Assembly: GCA_021781955.1 (NCBI GenBank)
Contig: JAJXVV010000005.1
Coordinates: forward strand, 1-53,246
DNA from: a bacterium
GTDB lineage: Bacteria > Patescibacteriota > Minisyncoccia > Phycocordibacterales > UBA2100
Reading direction: 5' to 3'
DNA length: 53,246 nucleotides
Below, one piece after another: positions 43,902-53,246 of the stretch; position 1 is the first letter of the stretch; each line of letters starts with the position of its first letter. Both the position numbers and the translations under genes were made by a program. The notes under the pieces are model-generated. The model saw nothing but the letters and a program-made list of their open reading frames with translations. It ran no database searches and was not told the DNA's origin.

Positions 43902-46391
43902 ATGAAAAAAATACTATTCGTCCTTATCGGCATCCTCGCGATGCATGCGAGCACTGCCCACGCGGCGGTCGCGGCCGACATCACCTTTACGAGCCCGCAG
44001 GACGTCACGGCAGAAGCGACGAGTTCGGCCGGTGCGTACGTGTCGTTCAGCGTGACGGCGGTCGACGCCTCGAACAAGCCGCTCAGCGTCACCTGCGCGC
44101 CGGCGAGCGGTTCGCTCTTCGCGCTCGGCTCGACCACCGTCATGTGCAGCGCCACCGACACGTCGCCCGCAACGAGCACGACCTCGTTCACGGTCGGGGT
44201 CGTCGACACGACGCCGCCTTCCATCACGCCGCCGCCCACCCAGACCTTCGCCACGAGTACCTTCCCTGCAACGCCATCGCTCACCTACGCGACCGCGACC
44301 GACCTCGTTGATCCGTCCCCGAAGGTAACCGCAAGCCCGACCACCTTCGATGCTGGCACGACGACGGTCACCTGGACCGCAACGGACTCTTCCGGCAACA
44401 GCGCCGCCACGACCTCGCTCGTCGTCATTACCGACGATTCCGCCTCAACGACATCGGCGACGTCTTCAGCACCGGTGCCGACACCCTCGCCTATCGGCAT
44501 CACGCTTGAGATCGACACCGCAACGACCACCCTTTTCAAGGGTCCGCTGACCGTCTCCGCCTGCTCCGCGAACGGCGCAACTTCGACCGTCAGCGGCTAC
44601 TGCGCACTGCAGCAATCAGGACATTCCGTTTCATGGCAATGGTTCTCGTTCGGGGCAGCTCTTGTGCGCGTAGACGGCATCGGCGACTGGAACAACGGCC
44701 CGTGGTGGTCTACGTTCTCGAATGGACAACCGCTTTCCGATTCGCTCGACAGGCATCTTCTCGCTCCCGGGGAGACGCTTCTCGTCACGGATGGCCCGAT
44801 GCCGCTCGAGCTCAGCGTGTCCACGACATCGCCGAGCGTAGACGGAACGACTACCGTGACCGTACAAGGGTTCAACGCTTCCAACTTCGACTTTGAACCA
44901 GTTGCAAACAGTACCATCAACGGAGCGGGCGTGACGACTAATGCGAGCGGGACCGTTGACATCCTCGCAACGACCACTGATCCGTTCACGATATCAGCAA
45001 GCGCGAACGGTTACTTACAAAGCAATAGCGTGACCATCGCACCCGCCGCAACCTCGACCGCGACGAGCACACCGCCGGTTTCCTCCGGCGGAGGCGGCGG
45101 AGGTATCGCGCACAACAACCTCGATATTCAGCATGCATTGCAATACCTCGTCGCACATCAGAACGCTGACGGCTCGTTCGACACGCCAATGCTGACCGAC
45201 TGGGCAGCGCTCGCCTTGGTCGCCGCCGATCCGGGCAGCGATGCGCTCGCGAAACTCAAAGCGTATGAAAAGACGGCGACGCCGACAATGTCGAGCGTGA
45301 CGGATTACGAACGGCACGCGATCGCGCTCGAAGCGCTCGGCGTCGATCCGTATAACGGTACGAGCGTGAATTACATCGCCCCGATAGTCGCTGCGTTCGA
45401 CGGCACGCAGATCGGCGATCCGTCGGAGGACAACGACGACATCTTCGCGATACTCGCCCTATCGAGCGCTGGGTATTCGCCGACGAACGATATGATGCAA
45501 AAAACGGCGACGTTCATCTTGTCGCGGCAAAAACCGGATGGGTCGTGGGACGAAAGTCCCGACCTCACGGCCGCCGCGCTCCAGGTGCTCCCGCAGTTCT
45601 TCGCAGGGACGTCGGTCTCTCCCGCAACCCTCGGTGCCGCGCTCGGCAACGGCGAGATGTACCTCCTCAATGCGCAGCACGCGGACGGTGGCTGGAGCAA
45701 CGGCCCCACGAGCGCCCTCAGTTCCGCGAGCAGTGTTGATTCGACGAGTTGGGTGCAGACTTTCATCAACGCCGTGAACCTCGATGATCCGACCAACGCA
45801 CGCACGTGGACGAGCAGCGCCGGCTACCTACCGACCGACGTCATCGCATCCGCGCAGCAGAGCGACGGCGGCGTACAGCCGACGAACCTATCCGCAGACA
45901 CGCGCGTCTGGAGCACCGAGTACGCGCTCGTCGCCGCTGCCGGCAAGGATTGGGACTCGCTCCAGCAGCCATTCTCGCAACCGAGCACCGCGATAGGCGG
46001 AGGAGGAGGCATGCCGACGATCGAGAGCGCGACAACGACCGGGGCGACGAGCACGCCACGGGTCGCAACCACGACGCCTTCGATCGCGAGCACTACACTG
46101 CCGTTCGCGAGCACGACGTCGGTCGAGGCGACAAGCACCGTTCTTGCTGAGCTATTGCGGTCCCTGCAAGCAGCATCAACGTTCCTCGCGGAAGCGAGGT
46201 CGCCCACGCGTTCCACGCACCATGTCGTCGTGCCGAGCTCGCCGGCGATGAACCCGACGCCGACGGCGAATGCCACTGTCTCGTCCACACAGCCGCAGCT
46301 CTCGCAGACCGCCTCAGCCGCGACCGGTGACGGCAATGCCCTCGCCAATGCCTGGCACGCCATCGTGTCCTTCTTCGCAAAGCTCTTTTGA
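43902..46391 (+). CDS. Secreted multidomain surface protein: HYR/Ig repeats, degenerate DUF4430-like domain, prenyltransferase/squalene-cyclase-type alpha-barrel, S/T stalk, amphipathic C-terminal helix
   Basis: Signal MKKILFVLIGILAMHASTAHA; VTCAPASGSLFALGSTTVMCSATD and DTTPP (HYR); YLVAHQNADGSF, FILSRQKPDGSW, YLLNAQHADGGW (QW-like repeats); ends NAWHAIVSFFAKLF. Confidence 0.85.
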   Translation: MKKILFVLIGILAMHASTAHAAVAADITFTSPQDVTAEATSSAGAYVSFSVTAVDASNKPLSVTCAPASGSLFALGSTTVMCSATDTSPATSTTSFTVGVVDTTPPSITPPPTQTFATSTFPATPSLTYATATDLVDPSPKVTASPTTFDAGTTTVTWTATDSSGNSAATTSLVVITDDSASTTSATSSAPVPTPSPIGITLEIDTATTTLFKGPLTVSACSANGATSTVSGYCALQQSGHSVSWQWFSFGAALVRVDGIGDWNNGPWWSTFSNGQPLSDSLDRHLLAPGETLLVTDGPMPLELSVSTTSPSVDGTTTVTVQGFNASNFDFEPVANSTINGAGVTTNASGTVDILATTTDPFTISASANGYLQSNSVTIAPAATSTATSTPPVSSGGGGGGIAHNNLDIQHALQYLVAHQNADGSFDTPMLTDWAALALVAADPGSDALAKLKAYEKTATPTMSSVTDYERHAIALEALGVDPYNGTSVNYIAPIVAAFDGTQIGDPSEDNDDIFAILALSSAGYSPTNDMMQKTATFILSRQKPDGSWDESPDLTAAALQVLPQFFAGTSVSPATLGAALGNGEMYLLNAQHADGGWSNGPTSALSSASSVDSTSWVQTFINAVNLDDPTNARTWTSSAGYLPTDVIASAQQSDGGVQPTNLSADTRVWSTEYALVAAAGKDWDSLQQPFSQPSTAIGGGGGMPTIESATTTGATSTPRVATTTPSIASTTLPFASTTSVEATSTVLAELLRSLQAASTFLAEARSPTRSTHHVVVPSSPAMNPTPTANATVSSTQPQLSQTASAATGDGNALANAWHAIVSFFAKLF

Positions 46392-46430
46392 GATGACGCG
46401 CAATGACACGGGGAGATCTGAGCTCCCCAT

Positions 46431-46461
46431 TCCTTTCGGAATGCGCTTCTGAGACGCACGC
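46431..46461 (-). repeat. 31-nt exact direct repeat of the tRNA-Leu anticodon and variable arm, followed by a degenerate T-arm (att-like remnant)
   Basis: TCCTTTCGGAATGCGCTTCTGAGACGCACGC at 46431-46461 and 46857-46887. Confidence 0.9.
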
Positions 46462-46826
46462 CTTATTTCAAGGCATTGTGGTGTTATTCTAACATTTGCG
46501 CGAACCTTTTTTGAAAGAAATGCGGACTCGGCAGGGCGAAACAATTGACTGGGGATATGGATTCGCCCTGCCTCGACTGATTTCCCGCCCGCAGGAGGGG
46601 TCTGGGGAGGAATGCGGGCGGGTTTCGGAATTGCCCGAAAAGTTTTTGAATCGCCAATCAGTCCAAGCTCAGGCTCGAACCCCACTCTCAAAGACAAAAC
46701 GCTTTCATGTCATTGGGGGGAACTTTGGGAATTCACCGCTTCCGCCCTTGGCGGAAGCGAAATTGATAGCGCGATTTTTGCTTCCGCAAAATCGCTCCGC
46801 TTCTTCAATTCCGAACAAGTTTCGTT

Positions 46827-46911
46827 TGGTGGGCATGGGGAGACTCGAACTCCCAATCCTTTCGGAATGCGCTTCTGAGACGCACGCGTATACCAATTCC
46901 GCCACATGCCC
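46827..46911 (-). tRNA. tRNA-Leu(CAG), CCA encoded
   Basis: GGGCATG/CATGCCC acceptor stem, anticodon loop CTCAGAA, long variable arm, GGGAG-TTCGAGT-CTCCC T-arm, ACCA end; 85 nt. Confidence 0.96.
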
Positions 46912-46955
46912 GTCCGAGCCATTCTATGCGAACTCGAGCCGTCCCACCAGCCGCA

Positions 46956-47000
46956 AACCCAGAGGACCGTCCTCTGGGTTACAGAGGACGGTCCTCTGTA
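46956..47000. repeat. Two abutting perfect palindromes with core CAGAGGAC-N-GTCCTCTG (REP-like)
   Basis: AACCCAGAGGAC-C-GTCCTCTGGGTT (46956-46980) and ACAGAGGAC-G-GTCCTCTGT (46981-46999). Confidence 0.9.
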
Positions 47001-47632
47001 TAGGAAACTACCGATGCCGGATCCTTGCCGTTCCACCCTATTCTGTCGTGTACGACCAGATTCGTCAGCTTCGGCTGCCACTCGTGCTCGGCCGCGTTGA
47101 CCGCTACCGCGATATCATCGGCGCGCATGCCGCGCGCAAGCGGCACGCGACGCTCGAAGAAGACCGGGCCGCCGTCTATTTCGCCGGTAACGAAGTGCAT
47201 CGAGAAGCCGGATTCCGTTATCTCCCCCGCGTCGAGCGCCGATTTCACCGCCTCATGCACGCGATGTCCGTACATGCCAGGCCCGCCGAACCGGCCGCCG
47301 AGCTGCGAGAGGAGCGCCGGATGGATGTTGAAGGTCTTCGCGGGATCGAGCCCGTGCACCTGCTTGAGCCAGCCGGAGAGCGCGATCCACTCCCCTCCCG
47401 CTTTCGCGACGACGGCGTGGTAGTGCTCCGCATCGAACGGTCCATTAAAAAATACGAACGGGACGCCGAGCCGATCGGCGCGCTCGCGCACGCCGCCGCG
47501 CTCATGATTCGAAACGACCGCAACGATATCCGCGTCGAGCGCGCCGCTTGTGGCGGCCATGACAAGATTCTCGAACCCGGATCCGCCCCCAGAAGCACTG
47601 CCAGACGCGAGCACGACCAGCTTTGGTCGCAT
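46979..47632 (-). CDS. purN: Phosphoribosylglycinamide formyltransferase-like (PurN/formyltransferase family)
   Basis: LVVLASG..SG.SGF, VVSNH, LSGW, NIHPALL..GGPGMYG..VHEAV, HFVTGEIDGGP, EH. Start MRPKLVV (47632). Confidence 0.78.
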   Translation of the reverse strand: MRPKLVVLASGSASGGGSGFENLVMAATSGALDADIVAVVSNHERGGVRERADRLGVPFVFFNGPFDAEHYHAVVAKAGGEWIALSGWLKQVHGLDPAKTFNIHPALLSQLGGRFGGPGMYGHRVHEAVKSALDAGEITESGFSMHFVTGEIDGGPVFFERRVPLARGMRADDIAVAVNAAEHEWQPKLTNLVVHDRIGWNGKDPASVVSYTEDRPL

Positions 47633-47633
47633 A

Positions 47634-48938
47634 TCACTCGATCGCCTCGATAGAGGCGCCGAGGGCGCGAAGACGTTCGTGGAGATTCTCGTAGCCGCGG
47701 CTGATCGGGTACACGTTGTTGAGCATCGATTCCCCCTCGGCCGCGAGCATGCCGATGAGAATGATGGATGCGGGCCGGAACGCGGGCGGCGCATCGATGG
47801 TCGCGCCATGCAACGGCGTCGGCCCGTTGATGAACACGCGATGCGGATCGGCAAGGAGCATGTCCGCGCCGAGCTTCTTCATCTCCAGATAATAGATGGC
47901 GCGATTCTCGTACACCCAATCATGCACGAGCGTGCGTCCCTGCGCTTGCGTCGCAATCGGCACGAAGTACGGAAGGTTGTCGATGTTGATGCCCGGATAC
48001 GGACGCGGCGCGATCTTCTCCGGCGGAGCATGCAAAGCGCCATCCTTGAGCACAAGGTCGACAAGCTTCGTGCGGCCGTTCTCGGCGAGGTACGGCGCGC
48101 TGCGTTCCAAGTGGAATCCCATGCTCTCGAGCGTCATGAGCTCGAGCTCGAGGAAATCGATTGGGCAGCGCTTCACCGTGAGCTGCGAGTGCGTCGTGGC
48201 CGAAAGCGAGATGAAGAACATGCTTTCGATCGGATCCTCGCTCGGGTAGCCGACGACGTCGGCATCGATCTCCTCGACTCCGTGTACGACGAGCGTCGAG
48301 GTGCCGATACCTTCGATGCGCACGCCACAACGCTCGAGGAACACGCACAGGTCCTGCACCATGTAGTTGGCGCTCGCGAACTTGATGGTCGTCGCGCCGG
48401 GAATCTTGGCGGCCGCCATGAGCACGTTCTCGACGCCAGTGTCGGAAGCCTCGTACATGACGATCTCCGCCGGATGCTTCCCGCCCGACTCGACATGATA
48501 CGTGTGCTCGTGCTCGTCGCCCTTGATAGAGATGCCGAGGCGCGCGAGCGCGTCGATGTGGGCGCCCAGGCTCCGCTTCCCGAGATTGCAGCCGGTCGGC
48601 GCAGGCAGATCGAACGATGGCACGAGGTGTGAGAGCGGCGCGGCAAACATCGCGATGGAGCGCGTCTTTTCAGCGGAAGTACGGTTTATCCTTTCAAGCG
48701 AGAATTTCTTGGGCGGCCTGATGACGATGTCGGCATTGTCCTTCCATTCGACCGACACCCCGATACTCTCGAGCACTTCGATGAGACGCTTCACCTCCTC
48801 GATGCGCGGCATGCGCTTCAGGGTCGTAGTGCCTTTGTTCAATAATGAGGCGCACAGCAACGCGACCGCCGCATTCTTGGATATGTTGGTCGTCACCTCA
48901 CCCGAAAGCGTTCTTCCGCCCGTGACCTTGTAGTTCAT
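47634..48938 (-). CDS. murA: UDP-N-acetylglucosamine 1-carboxyvinyltransferase
   Basis: SKNAAVALL, PTGCNLGKRSLGAH (catalytic Cys loop), SDTGVEN, GTSTL, PYPG..ID, VYENR, RGYE. Start MNYKVTGG (48938). Confidence 0.93.
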   Translation of the reverse strand: MNYKVTGGRTLSGEVTTNISKNAAVALLCASLLNKGTTTLKRMPRIEEVKRLIEVLESIGVSVEWKDNADIVIRPPKKFSLERINRTSAEKTRSIAMFAAPLSHLVPSFDLPAPTGCNLGKRSLGAHIDALARLGISIKGDEHEHTYHVESGGKHPAEIVMYEASDTGVENVLMAAAKIPGATTIKFASANYMVQDLCVFLERCGVRIEGIGTSTLVVHGVEEIDADVVGYPSEDPIESMFFISLSATTHSQLTVKRCPIDFLELELMTLESMGFHLERSAPYLAENGRTKLVDLVLKDGALHAPPEKIAPRPYPGINIDNLPYFVPIATQAQGRTLVHDWVYENRAIYYLEMKKLGADMLLADPHRVFINGPTPLHGATIDAPPAFRPASIILIGMLAAEGESMLNNVYPISRGYENLHERLRALGASIEAIE

Positions 48939-48958
48939 CGTCGTATTATACGTGTTTG

Positions 48959-49030
48959 TGCGGGTGGAAGGAATCGGACCTTCGACCTCTGTCTTATCAG
49001 GACAGCGTTCTACCATTGAACTACACCCGC
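48959..49030 (-). tRNA. tRNA-Ile(GAT), CCA not encoded, T-loop TCCGATT
   Basis: GCGGGTG/CACCCGC acceptor stem, CTGTC-CTGATAA-GACAG anticodon arm, GAAGG-TCCGATT-CCTTC T-arm. Confidence 0.93.
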
Positions 49031-49296
49031 GTATGCGCGATGGTAGCAAAAAATGAGGCTCGGTGCTACTGCCACCGAAATTCGGACATGCGCTCGGTGT
49101 AATAGAGTTATACACAGATCGGCAAAAAACGCTGTACAGGCGCGCCAGAATGTGTATGATAGCGATATTCGAGTTCTTTCAGTGTGACGCACGATTGTCC
49201 GAGCGAAAAGGTAATTCGCTTAGGCAGCGGAAGCACAAAAGGTGCGCGCGCAGGCGCCACCCTATTGTCAGGATTTATAGCGTTGTCACATCAGAA

Positions 49297-50529
49297 ATGG
49301 AATCTCATACTGTTGCGGCGTCGACCTCCCGAAGCTCGGCCCGCAGCACCACGAAGATGCGAGTGGGCGCTCGCTCCAAATTGCCCAAATTCCCGTCCCG
49401 CGAGAAAATAGAGAAATTCATAGCCGACAACCGGCTGAAGACGCCTTACCTCATCGTCGATCTCGATGTGGTGGAGCACAACTACAAGACTCTCCGCGCG
49501 ACTCTACCGGTGGCTGACGTGTTCTACGCCGTCAAGGCGAATCCTGCGCCCGAGGTTATCAAGCGCCTCGTCAAGCTCGGTTCGCACTTCGATGTCGCTT
49601 CCCCCGCCGAGGTCGAACTCGCGCTTGAAGCGGGCGCGAAGCCGGAGATGATCTCGCTCGGCAACACCATCAAGAAAGAGGAGGACATTAAATGGGCCTA
49701 CGACTACGGCGTGCGCATGTTCGCGTTTGATTCCGAAGCGGAGCTCCAAAAACTCGCGCGCTCCGCGCCCGGATCCAAGGTCTTCTGCCGCCTGCTCGTC
49801 TCCTGCGAGGGAGCCGACTGGCCGCTCTCGCGCAAGTTCGGCTGCGAGGTCGACATGGCGCGCGACCTCCTCATCAAGGCGAAGGACCTGGGCCTCGAAC
49901 CGTACGGCGTTTCGTTCCATGTCGGCTCGCAACAGACGCGCGTCGATCAGTGGGGCAACGCGCTTGGCCAAGCCGCAGCGCTCTTTAAGGCGCTCGAGGG
50001 TTCTGGCGTAAAGCTCCAGATGATCAACCTCGGCGGCGGTTTGCCGGCGCACTACACCGATTCCGTCTCTTCGGTCAATTCGTATTCAAGCGCCATCATG
50101 AAAGCGCTCACCAAACACTTCGGCGCCGACCTGCCGCGCATCATCACCGAACCGGGCCGGTCGCTCGTCGGCGACTCCGGCGTGCTCGACGCGGAGATTG
50201 TACTCATTTCAAAAAAATCTTACGCCGACGACGAAACGCGCTGGATCTATCTCGACATCGGCAAATTCGGCGGTTTGGCCGAAACGCTCGACGAAGCGAT
50301 CAAGTACCGCATCGAGCCTTTGGGCCGGAAGGGCGCGACTGCGCCGGCCATCATGGCAGGACCCTCATGCGACAGCGCAGACATCCTCTACGAGAAGTTC
50401 AAGTATCAGATGCCGCTCTCGCTCCAGGTGGGCGACAAGCTGCGCTTCCACTCGACCGGCGCCTACACCGCCAGCTACGCCTCTGTTGGTTTCAATGGAT
50501 TTGCTCCCTTGCCAACGTATTGTATTTAA
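49297..50529 (+). CDS. Fold-type III PLP decarboxylase (ornithine or lysine/ornithine decarboxylase); start uncertain (49297 or 49358)
   Basis: TPYLIVDL, FYAVKAN (PLP Lys), FDVAS, LSRKFGC, SFHVGSQ, NLGGG, TEPGR, GPSCDSAD, TGAYT. Confidence 0.92.
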   Translation: MESHTVAASTSRSSARSTTKMRVGARSKLPKFPSREKIEKFIADNRLKTPYLIVDLDVVEHNYKTLRATLPVADVFYAVKANPAPEVIKRLVKLGSHFDVASPAEVELALEAGAKPEMISLGNTIKKEEDIKWAYDYGVRMFAFDSEAELQKLARSAPGSKVFCRLLVSCEGADWPLSRKFGCEVDMARDLLIKAKDLGLEPYGVSFHVGSQQTRVDQWGNALGQAAALFKALEGSGVKLQMINLGGGLPAHYTDSVSSVNSYSSAIMKALTKHFGADLPRIITEPGRSLVGDSGVLDAEIVLISKKSYADDETRWIYLDIGKFGGLAETLDEAIKYRIEPLGRKGATAPAIMAGPSCDSADILYEKFKYQMPLSLQVGDKLRFHSTGAYTASYASVGFNGFAPLPTYCI

Positions 50530-50632
50530 CTTCAACCCCGGCGGGCAGGGCTTCGCGCCGCCTCCGACCGAAGCGATTCCGGGAAAAACCGTGCGCTCTC
50601 TTGTCCGCCCAGGCCGGAGCGACTTCTGGCTA

Positions 50633-50929
50633 TCACGCGTCACGTAATGCGGCGAGGAGGTCGCGAAGGGTCTCGTCGGACAATTGCGGCATGTGCTGAT
50701 GGCTTGCCAAAAGCTCCGCAGCGCGGCGGTAACGATCCTCAAACGCCTCGAGACTCTCTCGATCTTCCTGGCTGTGCTGCCGCAGCGTGGAGATGGCTAC
50801 GCTGTCCCTACCAGTTAGGCTGTACAGCGCCGCTATCGTTTCATGTTCCTGTGGCATTCGACGACGCAGCCGCGCAACAGCGTCGCTCACGTCGCGAACG
50901 AGCGCGGCTATCTGCAAATAACGGCCCAT
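50633..50929 (-). CDS. Hypothetical helical protein; start uncertain (50929 or 50971)
   Basis: Open frame MGRYLQIAALVRDVSDAVARL... with amphipathic-helix composition, lying just downstream of the rRNA terminator. Confidence 0.45.
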   Translation of the reverse strand: MGRYLQIAALVRDVSDAVARLRRRMPQEHETIAALYSLTGRDSVAISTLRQHSQEDRESLEAFEDRYRRAAELLASHQHMPQLSDETLRDLLAALRDA

Positions 50930-50987
50930 GTATTCTCGCTTATCTTTGTCGCCAGATACGCGTTCGATCATGACGACACTCTACCAC

Positions 50988-51023
50988 AAACAGCCGCCGA
51001 CCCAGAAAGGCCGGCGGCTGTTT
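50988..51023 (-). terminator. Terminator of the 16S transcript
   Basis: 12-bp stem AAACAGCCGCCG / CGGCGGCTGTTT just beyond the outermost 16S processing stem. Confidence 0.7.
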
Positions 51024-51289
51024 TGAAACTGAATGCAAGATTGTAGAAGGCGTCCCGACTTTCTAAGCCCTTCCGTGGGCAAGAAAGTCGTCATTACACA
51101 CTCTTTTGTTCCGTCCAAGGGATCGCGTCATGTGATGCCGGGTTTGAAGCGGCGATGACGAAATCCGAATCCTACGGAGTCTTTCCTCCGTGCCAGGCAT
51201 CAGTTTGAGATGAATGCCATTTCTCGTTGAGTGTCTCGATGAGACACTCAAATCGACAAGTGAGCCGCTCTCGAAGAGCGACAGTACTT

Positions 51290-52750
<1,461 letters not shown>

Positions 52751-52978
52751 AGTGACCGTGAGGTCACCCGATACTTAAGTTGTTAACTCTTTCTCTTTAG
52801 GATGGACGGAACAAAAGAATGTATACTTTCATTCCTTTTACTGTGTGTTTGTTTACGGTCAAGCGAGCGAGCGAAATGAGAAACTTGTTCTCAGTTCCGA
52901 GCGAGCGCTGACCGTATCGATTTTGGTTTACCAAAATCGATACCAACGATCTTCTTGATCGTGATGCGTACAATCTCA

Positions 52979-52994
52979 TATTCAGTTTTCAAAG
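52979..52994 (-). promoter_or_regulatory. boxA-like rRNA leader motif, also one strand of the outer processing stem
   Basis: CTTTGAAAACTGAATA on the minus strand, complementary to the trailer at 51021-51045. Confidence 0.65.
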
Positions 52995-53087
52995 GCCACA
53001 CCACACCCCCGAACAGCTTCGGTCGAAGGCCTTCCGGTCGAGCGACCTTCGGGCGACGAACAATCCATCAGGAGCGATGGTCGGCAC

Positions 53088-53115
53088 AGTATAGTCGCGG
53101 GCAAGTCGCTGTCAA
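53088..53115 (-). promoter_or_regulatory. Sigma70 rrn promoter
   Basis: TTGACA (53115-53110), 16 nt, TATACT (53093-53088), upstream of the 16S leader. Confidence 0.82.
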
Positions 53116-53246
53116 GCTTTTGTACGCGTCCAGTACATTTGGCACTCCTCTGCCGATAATGTTGCCATGGTACACGAAAGCGGCGTGCGCAGCGAGAGCG
53201 CCTCGTGGGGACGTTCAGCGTTGTACCAGATGAGCCAGTCTATCAG

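Noticed and set aside
46314-47653. ORF-track entries across the tRNA-Leu region (46314..46697, 46496..47653, 46705..46905)
   Set aside because: They overlap the tRNA, its duplicate and hairpin arrays; no integrase or recombinase catalytic motif is visible.

Overview
A 53 kb chromosomal window from a GC-rich Patescibacteria (CPR, Parcubacteria-like) genome. The assignment rests on a 16S gene with no anti-Shine-Dalgarno tail and a variant 515F site, a Cys-less SecA tail and an orphan VirD4-like ATPase. From left to right the window holds: the 5' part of a giant surface protein gene that the ORF track misses, encoding an N-terminal HTH, a TM helix and a Thr/Ser-rich ectodomain; a neighbouring double-HTH membrane protein; gatB; secA; an unannotated 25-aa Lys-rich micropeptide; an O-antigen-ligase/TPR gene; a ~21 kb glycan locus (flippase, GT2/GT4s, epimerases, four methyltransferases, an acetyltransferase, a deacetylase and several fusions) with an embedded NYN nuclease gene; a PKD surface protein; a VirD4-like ATPase; rsmI; murI-murD-murC; a cobalamin riboswitch heading two transcobalamin-like surface protein genes; tRNA-Leu with a partial duplicate; purN-like, murA and tRNA-Ile; an ornithine decarboxylase; and a stand-alone 16S gene with its own promoter, processing stems and terminator. 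There are three best leads. (1) A B12-riboswitch-controlled DUF4430 plus alpha-barrel pair, a candidate transcobalamin-like B12 capture system. (2) An NYN nuclease overlapped at its 3' end by a convergent ~60-nt RNA unit with an rrn-like promoter and a terminator, a candidate RNA-antitoxin TA module. (3) Excisionase-type HTH domains fused through a TM helix to a giant adhesin-like ectodomain. All calls come from reading the sequence by eye; no database searches were run.
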